DNA from: a virus
Lineage: Duplodnaviria; Caudoviricetes
DNA length: 64,000 bases
Virus record (IMG/VR): IMGVR_UViG_3300033076_001341
Coordinates: 32,001 to 96,000 of that record
Strand: one strand, 5' to 3'
Each line of letters begins with the position of its first letter. Position 1 is the stretch's first letter. A program made the position numbers and the translations under genes. Below, piece after piece: positions 47,327 to 56,173 of this stretch. Under the pieces are notes generated by a model, which worked only from the letters and a program-made list of their open reading frames with translations, had not been told where the DNA came from and did no database searches.

Positions 47327-48070
47327 TTACCATATTACTTGCTCACCATAAATCTGGTCAAGTAGTACGTTTATTTGGTTGAACATGTCCTTGCAATCCC
47401 ATTGCTTTTGCTTGGCATAAGCAGCGCTTGCAGGGTGTGAAACGAATAATTTGTGATGTGCAATGTCCGGAACAAGATCCGCATATTGCTGTGCTGCTTT
47501 TCCAAGGAACGCCCAGATGAGCGCTGAATTGGAATTAGCAATGACGTCAATGACATGCTGCGTAAATGGTTTCCAAAGCTCCTGGTGCACACCGATTTTA
47601 CCAACTTCAGTAGTCAGTGCGGTGTTTAACATCAGGATACCTTGTTTGGACCACCGGCTGAGGTCATTGGTCAAAGCGTACTCCTCATCGCTGTTGTAGA
47701 CGGTTCGGTACACTGCTTCCGTGATATAGCGAAGCGATGCTTCCATCTTGTTATCGGGTTTGTTGGCGTTGCAAAAAGCAATACCGTTGGCGATACCAAT
47801 TTGCGGATAAGGGTCCTGACCAATGATGATCACCTTGACCTCATTAACAGGAGTCAGTTCGAATGCGCGAAACAAATCTTTGATTACTGGTGTGAACCTT
47901 TTCTCCTCAACGGAGTTGTTGACAAGGGTGTAAATGATTTTGTGAAACTCCTGTGAGGTAAGTAACCCGTGGAGGCGATTGTACCAACCGGAGGGTTTCA
48001 AACGCTCCTGGAGCTTGTGAACAATCTCATCAGTTTTTTGTAGAATTTCTGTAGATAGGATGGTTGTCAT
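47327..48070 (-). CDS. ung: Uracil-DNA glycosylase (family 1)
   Basis: IIGQDPY, ANGIAF, WSKQGILMLNTALT, SHPAS. Confidence 0.9.
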   Translation of the reverse strand: MTTILSTEILQKTDEIVHKLQERLKPSGWYNRLHGLLTSQEFHKIIYTLVNNSVEEKRFTPVIKDLFRAFELTPVNEVKVIIIGQDPYPQIGIANGIAFCNANKPDNKMEASLRYITEAVYRTVYNSDEEYALTNDLSRWSKQGILMLNTALTTEVGKIGVHQELWKPFTQHVIDVIANSNSALIWAFLGKAAQQYADLVPDIAHHKLFVSHPASAAYAKQKQWDCKDMFNQINVLLDQIYGEQVIW

Positions 48071-48109
48071 TATGTTAAAGCATTATATTTGAAGCTTGTA
48101 AAAAATCCA

Positions 48110-48424
48110 ATGGAAAACACGCAACCCCAAACCGTGGAAATGATACGCAAGGATGCGATCATTCCAATTGAAATTGGTGCAGGTTTTTATGCGCGATTGC
48201 AACAGTTGCTTGCCTTCATGGTTGAAGACAAAACCGATGAAGAAATCAAAGAGATGCAGCAGGCGTTGAACAGTGATACCGTGAATGCAAATTCTTGGCA
48301 TTACCATTACAACACCACGCTCTCTCTGTGTCAGGCACTTGACAAGCAAGCGCAGGAACTTAAACTTACCGTTACCGTACCAATGGACAGCTTGATCTCC
48401 CAGATGGATGATCAGGCTAACTGA
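48110..48424 (+). CDS. Hypothetical protein, lone + strand gene inside the - strand module
   Basis: About 104 aa from ATG 48110; TATATTTG box at 48084; fills the gap between - strand genes. Confidence 0.65.
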   Translation: MENTQPQTVEMIRKDAIIPIEIGAGFYARLQQLLAFMVEDKTDEEIKEMQQALNSDTVNANSWHYHYNTTLSLCQALDKQAQELKLTVTVPMDSLISQMDDQAN

Positions 48425-48801
48425 CAATTAAATAACTCTCCCAGGTGGATGCACGCATCAATCGCTTGGGAGAGTTCTTGTCTGGAACAGTAAGCAAAAC
48501 TTTTAAGTTCGTAGATTTCTTTCTCGTCTTCGACTTTGTGAACCACCAAACCAGTGCGTTCTTTTACCATTGACTTTAACTCTTCAAACCCATGACCGGT
48601 GTATGCACTTAGCTCACGCAGCATAGCGTGTATTCGTGCAATTTGTGCTACCGTGGCATTGTTACCACGGATTTCGGTGAACTCTTCGACAATGTCCCCT
48701 TCTTTGAGGTTGGAGAGAAAACGTTGATAACGGACCTGGTCTGCAGCGCTTGCAAACTCAAGCTTGCCATTCACCATCTTTCGCTTGATGATTGAATACA
48801 T
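48412..48801 (-). CDS. Hypothetical protein (NinB/Orf-like pattern)
   Basis: AQIARIHAMLRELSAYTGH...S..ELSQAID resembles NinB-family motifs. Confidence 0.45.
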   Translation of the reverse strand: MYSIIKRKMVNGKLEFASAADQVRYQRFLSNLKEGDIVEEFTEIRGNNATVAQIARIHAMLRELSAYTGHGFEELKSMVKERTGLVVHKVEDEKEIYELKSFAYCSRQELSQAIDACIHLGELFNCQLA

Positions 48802-48803
48802 TC

Positions 48804-49925
48804 TTAGAATTGAATAGGGTCGCTGAAAATAATCTTGGCGGAATCAAGTTCACCCAGCGCTTGCATTACCCAGTGTTCATCTACGGTACCTGCATACATG
48901 AGCAGGTGCACGGTAGCTGTTTCATTGGGGTTCAAACGCAGGAAACGACCAATGCGTTGATTGGTCTTGCGTTCGTTGCTGTAAGCGTGCATGATTAAAC
49001 CACTACGAAGATTGGGGATGTTTACTCCCTCGTTCAATTGCTGTACGCAACTGAGTTTGTCAATAAGACCGTTTTTGAAAGCGGTGAGATTCTCTGCACT
49101 CAGCGGGTTGGAACTATGAAAGGAATGATTGCACAGACGATCAGCCTGTTCCTGAGTGTTAGCAAAGATCAGACACTTGTTGTGAATGTTCTCCAGCAGA
49201 TTCTTTGCATAGCGTTCCTTGGTTTTGAAATCCATCAGAACCCGCATGCGCATGATACGTGCGTGCTGCATCTCCTGGAAGCTACCGCCATCTGCAATCT
49301 TTCGATCCCAGTAGTCATACTGTTCACGCTCCGAAGTCATCCAGCTCTTGCCGGACTTGGTAGAGATGAGCACATCTTTCTTCTTGGAGAGTTCCATGGT
49401 ATGAATAATGATCTTGTAATTGTTTAAGATCCCGTCGTCTACCGCATCATCGGTGATGTAGGTATAGACCATGGGACAAAACATATTGACCATCTCCCCT
49501 TTTTCGCTGTTGGCATGACGGGGTGGTGTACCAGTCAGTCCGAGGATCTTACCCCAGAAGGTTTGTAACCAGAACTGATGAGAGTACAGTAAACTGTGAC
49601 ACTCATCCAGGTAGGCAACCGCGTAGGATTGCTTTTGTTTTTCTAAAGAGCGGTACGTACTGAAGGTGATTACCTCCAGCAGCTCATCAAGTCCAAACTT
49701 CACTGCGTCGTCTTTCCAGGATTGAAAGATCGAAACCTTGGGAGCGACCACAAGAAATTCAGCACCTGGATGTTCGTCCAGATGCTGTTTCATGTGTCTC
49801 AGTCCTATTAAGGTTTTACCGACGCCCATGCTGACGCTCAGACCTGCCCGGTGACGCAGTGCTACAGCCTGGAGTGCTTCCTGCTGTACCTTGTCCCGAA
49901 CCTCGGTTTGTAATTCGGTTGTCAT
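48804..49925 (-). CDS. Superfamily 2 helicase
   Basis: MGVGKT, LDECH, GLTGT, LNEGVNIP, QRIGRFLR. Confidence 0.9.
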   Translation of the reverse strand: MTTELQTEVRDKVQQEALQAVALRHRAGLSVSMGVGKTLIGLRHMKQHLDEHPGAEFLVVAPKVSIFQSWKDDAVKFGLDELLEVITFSTYRSLEKQKQSYAVAYLDECHSLLYSHQFWLQTFWGKILGLTGTPPRHANSEKGEMVNMFCPMVYTYITDDAVDDGILNNYKIIIHTMELSKKKDVLISTKSGKSWMTSEREQYDYWDRKIADGGSFQEMQHARIMRMRVLMDFKTKERYAKNLLENIHNKCLIFANTQEQADRLCNHSFHSSNPLSAENLTAFKNGLIDKLSCVQQLNEGVNIPNLRSGLIMHAYSNERKTNQRIGRFLRLNPNETATVHLLMYAGTVDEHWVMQALGELDSAKIIFSDPIQF

Positions 49926-49940
49926 GCGCTCGATTTTAAT

Positions 49941-50150
49941 TTACACCTTGGGTTTGCGCCCGGTTTTCACGCGCTGCGCTCGTTCTGAAGGGTGCATCTC
50001 CATAATTTTGTCATACCACTTCATGTTCAGAAACACGCGGGCAGCCGTACGTTGAATGAATGATGGTTTCTTGGGGAGGCGGATGGTCATGATGTCAATC
50101 TTACCATGCACGTTAGTGACCTCCATTTCGTAAAATCCTACGTAAGTCAT
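49941..50150 (-). CDS. Hypothetical protein
   Basis: About 69 aa from ATG 50150. Confidence 0.5.
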   Translation of the reverse strand: MTYVGFYEMEVTNVHGKIDIMTIRLPKKPSFIQRTAARVFLNMKWYDKIMEMHPSERAQRVKTGRKPKV

Positions 50151-50166
50151 GTTGTTGTTAGGTTGT

Positions 50167-50562
50167 TTAATTAAGGTTGGATAAATAGTGTTCGCATCGC
50201 TCTTTCCAATCATCAGATAGGGAGTCAATAGCGGGTACACGGGTTAATTCGTTGATGTCAGAGAGTTCAACTTCATCGTCATCAAGATGCCACAGCACAT
50301 GAGGAGTATGTTTGAACGTCTCGTATTTTGCTTCCATGTTCGTAAAATGAACACGGCGATGGGGGATTCCCAGTTTGTCAATGATCTCCCACAAATCTTC
50401 GTTGTGTGGTGAGGTAGTCCAGCGATGCTTCTGCAATTCACTGAACCTGGCTGTGACAACATGCACGTTGAAACCACGTTTAAGTAGTTCAGCAGCGTAC
50501 TCCTGAACTTCAGGTCTGCTTAGTGTCTTGTCAAAGTCAAAGGATACAGTTCTTGATTCCAT
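50167..50562 (-). CDS. HAD-superfamily hydrolase
   Basis: SFDFDKTL motif I, VVTAR motif II, HLDDD motif IV. Confidence 0.75.
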   Translation of the reverse strand: MESRTVSFDFDKTLSRPEVQEYAAELLKRGFNVHVVTARFSELQKHRWTTSPHNEDLWEIIDKLGIPHRRVHFTNMEAKYETFKHTPHVLWHLDDDEVELSDINELTRVPAIDSLSDDWKERCEHYLSNLN

Positions 50563-50564
50563 AA

Positions 50565-50984
50565 TTAGATGCGGGTCTCGGAATAACCCAGTGCTTTCGC
50601 TTCTTCAGGATGTGTCTCCACATACATGTGACAGTGAATGCACAGTGCTTTCCAGGTAGTCGTATCAAGCAGGTACTTTCCACGACCTTTAGAATGGTGA
50701 ATGGTCAGCTCTTCAGAGCAGCCGGTACACTCGGGGACAAGTCTTGCACGACAACACTTATTTCCCGAACGGGAAAGAAACTCCTTGCGTGCAATTGCAT
50801 ACACGACATTGAGCTTCGACTGTTTGTCGGACACTTGTTTGATGGGAGTGCGTTTGGTCAGAGTGGTTGTGCTGGTTGGCTTTACGAGAGACCAACAGGT
50901 TTTGCAGTAACGAGTTCCCCGATCATTTTTCCAGATGGGTTTGATTTCGTTGCAGTGAGCACAGAGTTTTGGTTTAGCAAGCAT
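50565..50984 (-). CDS. Zn-finger / HNH-like protein
   Basis: CxxC...CxxC N-terminus; TIHHSKGR...LCIHCH. Confidence 0.65.
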   Translation of the reverse strand: MLAKPKLCAHCNEIKPIWKNDRGTRYCKTCWSLVKPTSTTTLTKRTPIKQVSDKQSKLNVVYAIARKEFLSRSGNKCCRARLVPECTGCSEELTIHHSKGRGKYLLDTTTWKALCIHCHMYVETHPEEAKALGYSETRI

Positions 50985-51037
50985 AGACAGCTGGTCATAA
51001 ATGACCACTACGGATAAGGGTGATACGGCTGTAAGTG

Positions 51038-51304
51038 TTATTCGTCTTCGAACAGATCAATCTCTTCGTCGGCGGGGTCGATGACTTCCAAATCGGAAAC
51101 ATCGTCTACACCGAGTTCTTCGAGGTCTTCGTCTGAGAGCACGGTAGGTTGCTCACCGAGAGATAATACGGATGAGTGGAAAGGGTCCTCAAAATGTTCA
51201 CCCCAGTTGATAGCCAGGAGATATTCGAAGTCTTCATCGGTCATTCGTAAGTATGTCTCTATCGAAACTTCAATACACTTACCGTTTGGTAAACTGACTA
51301 TCAT
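51038..51304 (-). CDS. Small acidic hypothetical protein
   Basis: 88 aa, Asp/Glu-rich C-terminus; TCTACA boxes and a TATATTTG box upstream. Confidence 0.65.
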   Translation of the reverse strand: MIVSLPNGKCIEVSIETYLRMTDEDFEYLLAINWGEHFEDPFHSSVLSLGEQPTVLSDEDLEELGVDDVSDLEVIDPADEEIDLFEDE

Positions 51305-51454
51305 TACAATTAATGATGCAAATTACCAAATTTTGTAGATCAAATATACAACAGTTCTACAAATTAAAACACTATATCGCTATCAGGAAATAAAAAAACC
51401 GGTCACTACGAGAGCAACCGGCTTACACCAATACAGTAGACACTGTATTATATC

Positions 51455-51802
51455 TTAGTAGATGGTGATCACGTCACCGTCGATGGAAAAGTTTGCAGTA
51501 GATTTGGCGATCTGGATTGTTACTCCTTTGACAACCAGTATAACAAATTTGCTGTCATCAGGTTTTTCGACAGACGACGGTGTCATAGGTACATTATTAA
51601 CGGCTAGTGCATTAACACCAACCGGACGTTTACCGCGCAAGTTGGTGAGAACTATTCCTTCGTCTTTCATTTTCTTTTTAAAGTTGTGAACGCTTGAGAT
51701 TGCAATGCCGAAATACTTGCTGATGTCTTCAGGTGTTACACCTTGCAGCACCATTCCTTGCAACTTTTCCTTTTCTTCAGGAGTCAACCGTTTTTGATTC
51801 AT
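51455..51802 (-). CDS. HTH DNA-binding protein (candidate regulator/excisionase)
   Basis: LTPEEK...GVTPEDISKYFGIAISSVHNF HTH; lies just downstream of the integrase. Confidence 0.7.
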   Translation of the reverse strand: MNQKRLTPEEKEKLQGMVLQGVTPEDISKYFGIAISSVHNFKKKMKDEGIVLTNLRGKRPVGVNALAVNNVPMTPSSVEKPDDSKFVILVVKGVTIQIAKSTANFSIDGDVITIY

Positions 51803-51954
51803 GCGTACTGATTGGGTTATTGTATTATTGATTTTTGTCAAGCAATTTAGAAAAATTTGTCAAATATTCGTTGTGCTCTTGTAGAGTATTAATAAAAACA
51901 CACAATATTGTTGAATTTATAGAATTGTATTGACTTATCAATCAAGTGTTAATG

Positions 51955-53079
51955 CTAAATCTGAGGTAAATCTTGCTCGTTGATATTTAATAGAACTCCT
52001 AAAGACCTTAAATATACAATAGTTATACTAACATCACCATGTCCCATAAGTTGAGACAACTTTGGAAGGTCCTGAGTTCTTCTAAATAGCAATACGGCAG
52101 CCGTATGTCGTATACTGTACAGGGTGTGGTCTTTAGTTACTACTTTGTCCTTCAACAGCTTACGCTTTACTTTTTTCCATATCGTTGAAAAGTATTCTTC
52201 GCTTTGATATGGTTTTTTCTTTTTGGTGAATATGTTATAATCCGGTGGAAGCTCGTCAATCTGACGTTTAATTAACTCTTCCCGGACAAATCCAGGGACT
52301 GGTACAACGCGAAGTTGTCTGTTTTTAACTTCGTCCCCATCCATTGAAATCATGGTTAACTGCTCGTTAAAGTGATCTCGATTAAGGTTTCTGATCTCTT
52401 TATGTGGTCTCAAAAAGCTTCCGTACATCAATAAAGCGCACAGATAAAGATTGCTGTTTTCTGCTTTGATGTACTCTAATACTTGTTTGAATTGTTTTTC
52501 TGTAAACGCTCGGTTACGTTTAGGACTTTTCTTTTTTACACTGGTTAATGTTACGGGATTAACTCCGATCATTTTGTTCTCGACAAAAAGTGTAAATATC
52601 CCGCTAAGTCGATTGCGAACAATCATGTAATAAGCTGCTGATGATGTAATTGTATTTAAGTACGTTTGAATATCATCTTTAGTAATCAATGCTGTTCGAA
52701 GATGTTTGAGGTTCTTTATGTCCAGGTATTTGCGAAACTTTCTTGCCGCGTATTTAAAATCTTTCTTGTGGCGTTCCGAAAAACTTGCTGGATAAAGGCG
52801 CTCTAGATTCTCCTCCTGGAGATCCGTAGTCAATAAACTACGGGGATGGTCAACACTATCAACAGGTTCCCAGCCGGCAAGCAACAGCTTATGGAGATGG
52901 TATTGCAACCTCTCCAATTCCTGCTGTCGATGTTTAAGAGTTGTACACGTTATCGGTGAACAATCCAATCCGACCTGGGACCCGTCATAGTAGCGTTTAC
53001 GTTTTTTGTTGTAATAGAAAAAAACAAACCCGCGCTGGGTGAGTTCCTGAGGATTGTACACCTCCGGTTTTGTAAACAT
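51955..53079 (-). CDS. int: Tyrosine recombinase / integrase
   Basis: FLRPHKEI (R), VKN (K), LYSIRH, LMGH, TIVYL (Y); AT-rich; adjacent to a tRNA-derived att core. Confidence 0.9.
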   Translation of the reverse strand: MFTKPEVYNPQELTQRGFVFFYYNKKRKRYYDGSQVGLDCSPITCTTLKHRQQELERLQYHLHKLLLAGWEPVDSVDHPRSLLTTDLQEENLERLYPASFSERHKKDFKYAARKFRKYLDIKNLKHLRTALITKDDIQTYLNTITSSAAYYMIVRNRLSGIFTLFVENKMIGVNPVTLTSVKKKSPKRNRAFTEKQFKQVLEYIKAENSNLYLCALLMYGSFLRPHKEIRNLNRDHFNEQLTMISMDGDEVKNRQLRVVPVPGFVREELIKRQIDELPPDYNIFTKKKKPYQSEEYFSTIWKKVKRKLLKDKVVTKDHTLYSIRHTAAVLLFRRTQDLPKLSQLMGHGDVSITIVYLRSLGVLLNINEQDLPQI

Positions 53080-53164
53080 TTGCAGTAAATTTTGTCTCTT
53101 TGAAAAAATAGTAATCAAGCAAAACGCTTGACAGCAGAGAGTTTGAAGGCAGTATCATGGGAAA

Positions 53165-53207
53165 CTCATAACCCGAAGGTCCCAGGTTCGATCCCTGGCT
53201 TCGCAAC
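53165..53207 (+). mobile_element. attP core: 3' half of initiator tRNA-Met(CAT)
   Basis: CTCATAA anticodon loop, CCCGA, variable loop, CCAGG-TTCGATC-CCTGG T-arm, CTTCGCA-A acceptor 3' strand; no matching 5' half upstream. Confidence 0.8.
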
Positions 53208-53210
53208 AAA

Positions 53211-53246
53211 ACAAGACCCACTACTACAGTGGGTTTTGTCGTTTTT
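53211..53246 (+). terminator. Terminator hairpin after the tRNA fragment
   Basis: ACAAGACCCACT-ACTAC-AGTGGGTTTTGT then a T-rich run. Confidence 0.7.
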
Positions 53247-53277
53247 ATGAGGTTCTGATTTTTGCTTCATTTTACTG

Positions 53278-53296
53278 TCTCTGCTGTCTCTGCTGT
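53278..53296. repeat. Tandem TCTCTGCTGT repeat with an inverted copy at 53131-53140 (candidate integrase arm sites)
   Basis: Exact 10-mer twice (overlapping by 1 nt) downstream of the core; reverse complement ACAGCAGAGA upstream. Confidence 0.55.
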
Positions 53297-54187
53297 TTAG
53301 TACTCCGAATTTAGTAAATCTACCTCTTTGGTACGGTAACTGTCGGAGGTCGTGTAATAAGTAAATTCATTGAAGGTCAACTCCACGTCTTTTGCACGGT
53401 CTTCGATGGAAAATCCTTGATCATCATAGCAATGATCCGCCTCGTATTTGTCCATCAAGTCTCTAAAAAATTCAGCTAACGCATTCTCCAGTTCCTCGAT
53501 GCATTTCGCTGCTTCAGCGCTTAACTCGTCGTTGTGGCGCCTCCAATCTCCCCTGACACGTAGTGAAATGTTTACCTCCGGAAAGCTCCCATCGTAACCA
53601 TCCTGAATGCTTACATATACCTCGTTGATGTGCTCGGGTATGAGTGCAATAGGGATTGTAAAGGTGCAGGGTTCAATGCCCACGTGATGGTAATCGTACT
53701 GGGAGTAATTGTCCGTTCCTCTGAACCCTACAAATCCGTCTTCAATAATGAAGTCGGCGGTTCCAGAAGCGGAGAATTCACCTGCCCAGCTTCCGTAATC
53801 CAGGTTGTCATACATTTCGTTGATGACAAATTGGTGGATGCGGTCATAGAGCGTTTGTTTGTCACCGTCCCAAATTTCGTCTATTTGCTTGTTGTTGATG
53901 TTTAACCAGACAGATCCACTGTCTCCTCCGCCACTCCATTCCAGCTGAATCCTGTTGCCGGCAAGGTGTAGGGAGCTGTAATAATCCATGGCAAGTTGAC
54001 TGGTAATCACGACGTCATCGGTTTCCTTGTAAGGAAACTTGATTTCACCAGGTTCTATGTTAATGGATGGTTCTTTTGTCAACGGTGTTCCCATCATTTT
54101 GGCATGCAGAGCTTCACCCGCTGCTGCGTATTTTGAAAATACTTCACTAGGGGTAAAAGGATGTGTTGTTTTTTCATCTGGTTCCAT
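53297..54187 (-). CDS. DUF6878-like acidic protein
   Basis: WSGGGDSG and YGSWAGEFSASG motifs; paired with a DUF6915-like gene. Confidence 0.5.
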   Translation of the reverse strand: MEPDEKTTHPFTPSEVFSKYAAAGEALHAKMMGTPLTKEPSINIEPGEIKFPYKETDDVVITSQLAMDYYSSLHLAGNRIQLEWSGGGDSGSVWLNINNKQIDEIWDGDKQTLYDRIHQFVINEMYDNLDYGSWAGEFSASGTADFIIEDGFVGFRGTDNYSQYDYHHVGIEPCTFTIPIALIPEHINEVYVSIQDGYDGSFPEVNISLRVRGDWRRHNDELSAEAAKCIEELENALAEFFRDLMDKYEADHCYDDQGFSIEDRAKDVELTFNEFTYYTTSDSYRTKEVDLLNSEY

Positions 54188-54551
54188 TTTCTTGTTTATC
54201 AATATTGTGTAACTGTCTACCAACTTTCATCATCCACTTGGTAGGTGTAAAATTGTCAAAGTACTGTTTGGCGGACGGGATAAATCCACAGTCCTCCTGG
54301 ACATGCTGCTCTGCAATGACACGGGTAGGGACATTCTTGATGCTGCCGTCCGTCATGGTAATGGGTGTCACGATACCGAATAAGGATTCGCATTGGAAGA
54401 TCCCTTCGGAGTGGTGACGGAACGCGCGGTGACGAATGTCACCCACCCACGCCTTGGTTTCATCGAACCAGTTGTGGATGTGGATGTACTGCTCCCAGGT
54501 ACCTCCATGTTTCTTTACAGATGATACTGCGTGATGATACGGTGTTGCCAT
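54174..54551 (-). CDS. DUF6915-like His-rich protein
   Basis: PYHHAVSSVKKHGG...IHNWFDETK...RHRAFRHHSEGIF...AEQHVQEDCG. Confidence 0.65.
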   Translation of the reverse strand: MATPYHHAVSSVKKHGGTWEQYIHIHNWFDETKAWVGDIRHRAFRHHSEGIFQCESLFGIVTPITMTDGSIKNVPTRVIAEQHVQEDCGFIPSAKQYFDNFTPTKWMMKVGRQLHNIDKQENGTR

Positions 54552-54781
54552 TAGAAGTGATCTTTAATTGCTGCTACGGCAGCACGCTTGTTGATAGGTT
54601 CTCCTTCGGTAAAGGTGATGTCAGTTACCAGTTCGGGAGCACCGGTCTCAGGGTTTTCCTGGGTAGTCATGGTAAAGGGGAACTCCTCGTCGTCTTCGGT
54701 GAGTGTTCCGGCATATACCCGGGTAACCGCAAAGGGTTCGCGTTCCAGGTACACAGCTTCAGGTCCTAATATCTTACTCAT
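54551..54781 (-). CDS. Hypothetical protein
   Basis: 76-aa ORF coupled to the downstream gene. Confidence 0.55.
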   Translation of the reverse strand: MSKILGPEAVYLEREPFAVTRVYAGTLTEDDEEFPFTMTTQENPETGAPELVTDITFTEGEPINKRAAVAAIKDHF

Positions 54782-54891
54782 ATTCTTTGTTGTTTACAGT
54801 GTTGGATTGTAGATTATCCGTAGTTTATTAGCGATAATCCATAAAAAAACCGGGACGTTGATCATCCCGGTTTACTCACATGTGTTGCCTC

Positions 54892-55245
54892 TTACTTAAT
54901 CCTCCAGACTCGCCGGTATTTGTTGAGCTGGAGACGAGTAGTTACTGTAAATCCCGGCTTCATTTTCGCAAACTGGTTTGCTGCATAATGAATGGAGTTT
55001 GGATTTTCAGCATGCTTGTCTCCTGGAGGGATCAAAAAGCTGTCACCGACGTTCATTTGGTCAAATGGAAAGCGGTTCAGATTTGTGATCGACCGTACCC
55101 CACCAATGGGTACATTCTTGTCTACTATGTAAGGCGCTTCATCGGGTACCGCAATAGGTTGCGTTTTTACTTCGACTTTAACCGGTGGTTTCACTTTGGA
55201 TTTAGTGGAAACCTTTCGTTTAGACTTTGACTTAACAGTAGACAT
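54892..55245 (-). CDS. Putative small DNA-binding protein
   Basis: Basic N-terminus; FPFDQMNVGDSFLIP...RVWRIK; TCTACA boxes upstream and a terminator (54843-54873) downstream. Confidence 0.55.
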   Translation of the reverse strand: MSTVKSKSKRKVSTKSKVKPPVKVEVKTQPIAVPDEAPYIVDKNVPIGGVRSITNLNRFPFDQMNVGDSFLIPPGDKHAENPNSIHYAANQFAKMKPGFTVTTRLQLNKYRRVWRIK

Positions 55246-55334
55246 CGTGTAGAGTTTAGGTTATTGTCTACAAATAAATGCATTTTAGTATATCAACCAA
55301 TAAATGTTTACACTTTGTATTGAAATACCAGTGT

Positions 55335-55622
55335 TTACTTGTAGGCATCCATCAAAATCTGGTTCGCAAATGTCATCATCGCACTAGCCGCCTCTTGCAA
55401 AACTTCCAGAAACTCCTCCTTGGTGCAATCGTCGTATTCCTTGATGGAATCAGCAATTCCGCTGACGTCGTCGAATTCGTAGGGGATACATGGTCTCCAG
55501 GAATTCTTTTTACAACGAATCACAAACCCGGCACCACTCTCGGTAAAAGCGTAGTAATTGAAATATTCCGTGGACCTATCCGGTTTCCACTTCTTAAACA
55601 TGACAAGGTTGAATCGTGTCAT
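55335..55622 (-). CDS. Hypothetical protein
   Basis: 95-aa ORF in the operon. Confidence 0.55.
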   Translation of the reverse strand: MTRFNLVMFKKWKPDRSTEYFNYYAFTESGAGFVIRCKKNSWRPCIPYEFDDVSGIADSIKEYDDCTKEEFLEVLQEAASAMMTFANQILMDAYK

Positions 55623-56173
55623 AATTTGTCCAAGTGTTTACCGGTAAATGATTGGAATGTCTGTAGGAATTCCTCGTCTAGCGCTCTCTTTTTATCATGC
55701 TGTGCTTTCCATTCAGCAACCTGAGCAAAGTAGTGCTCGGTAAAGGGTTTGTCATCCAGGACAGTCAACACCTCTTCCAGCCCCCAGGTGTGATACTTGC
55801 TGAGTAAACACTCCGGATCAGCACCAATTTGCGCTGCCTGTAGAAGCGCTTTGACCCCATCTCCAATCGAGTTGAGTTCCCAGTACGCTTCGACAAATGA
55901 ACTCTCCATCAGCTCTTCAAAATCTGCCAAGCTGGTGACTTGCTTAGTGATCAGTCGTTTGTTTTCCGCGTGCAGGTACATGACCGGAAACGGAAATGTT
56001 TTGTTACTGGTCAATGGTTTGGCAGTCACGCGACATAAGTCTACCTGCTGCAGAAAAGCCTCCAGCACGCGGTTAAGCTTCTCGCTGTTAAACGATTTGT
56101 GCATCAACAGCATTTCCTGTGTCAGATTGATCAACTCGTTGAGTCGTGGAAATTCTCTTGGATCGGGTTTCAT
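55619..56173 (-). CDS. Hypothetical protein
   Basis: About 184 aa from ATG 56173, overlapping the upstream stop. Confidence 0.6.
   Translation of the reverse strand: MKPDPREFPRLNELINLTQEMLLMHKSFNSEKLNRVLEAFLQQVDLCRVTAKPLTSNKTFPFPVMYLHAENKRLITKQVTSLADFEELMESSFVEAYWELNSIGDGVKALLQAAQIGADPECLLSKYHTWGLEEVLTVLDDKPFTEHYFAQVAEWKAQHDKKRALDEEFLQTFQSFTGKHLDKL

Noticed and set aside
48083-48427. Minus-strand 114-aa ORF as the real gene
   Set aside because: The + strand frame has a promoter box, natural composition and a good start context; the minus frame looks like its shadow
53130-53210. Complete tRNA-Met gene
   Set aside because: No 5' acceptor strand, D-arm or 5' anticodon stem pairs with the 3' half; better explained as an attP core
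53100-53300. Prophage-host junction
   Set aside because: Genes on both sides are phage-like and co-oriented; no host housekeeping context
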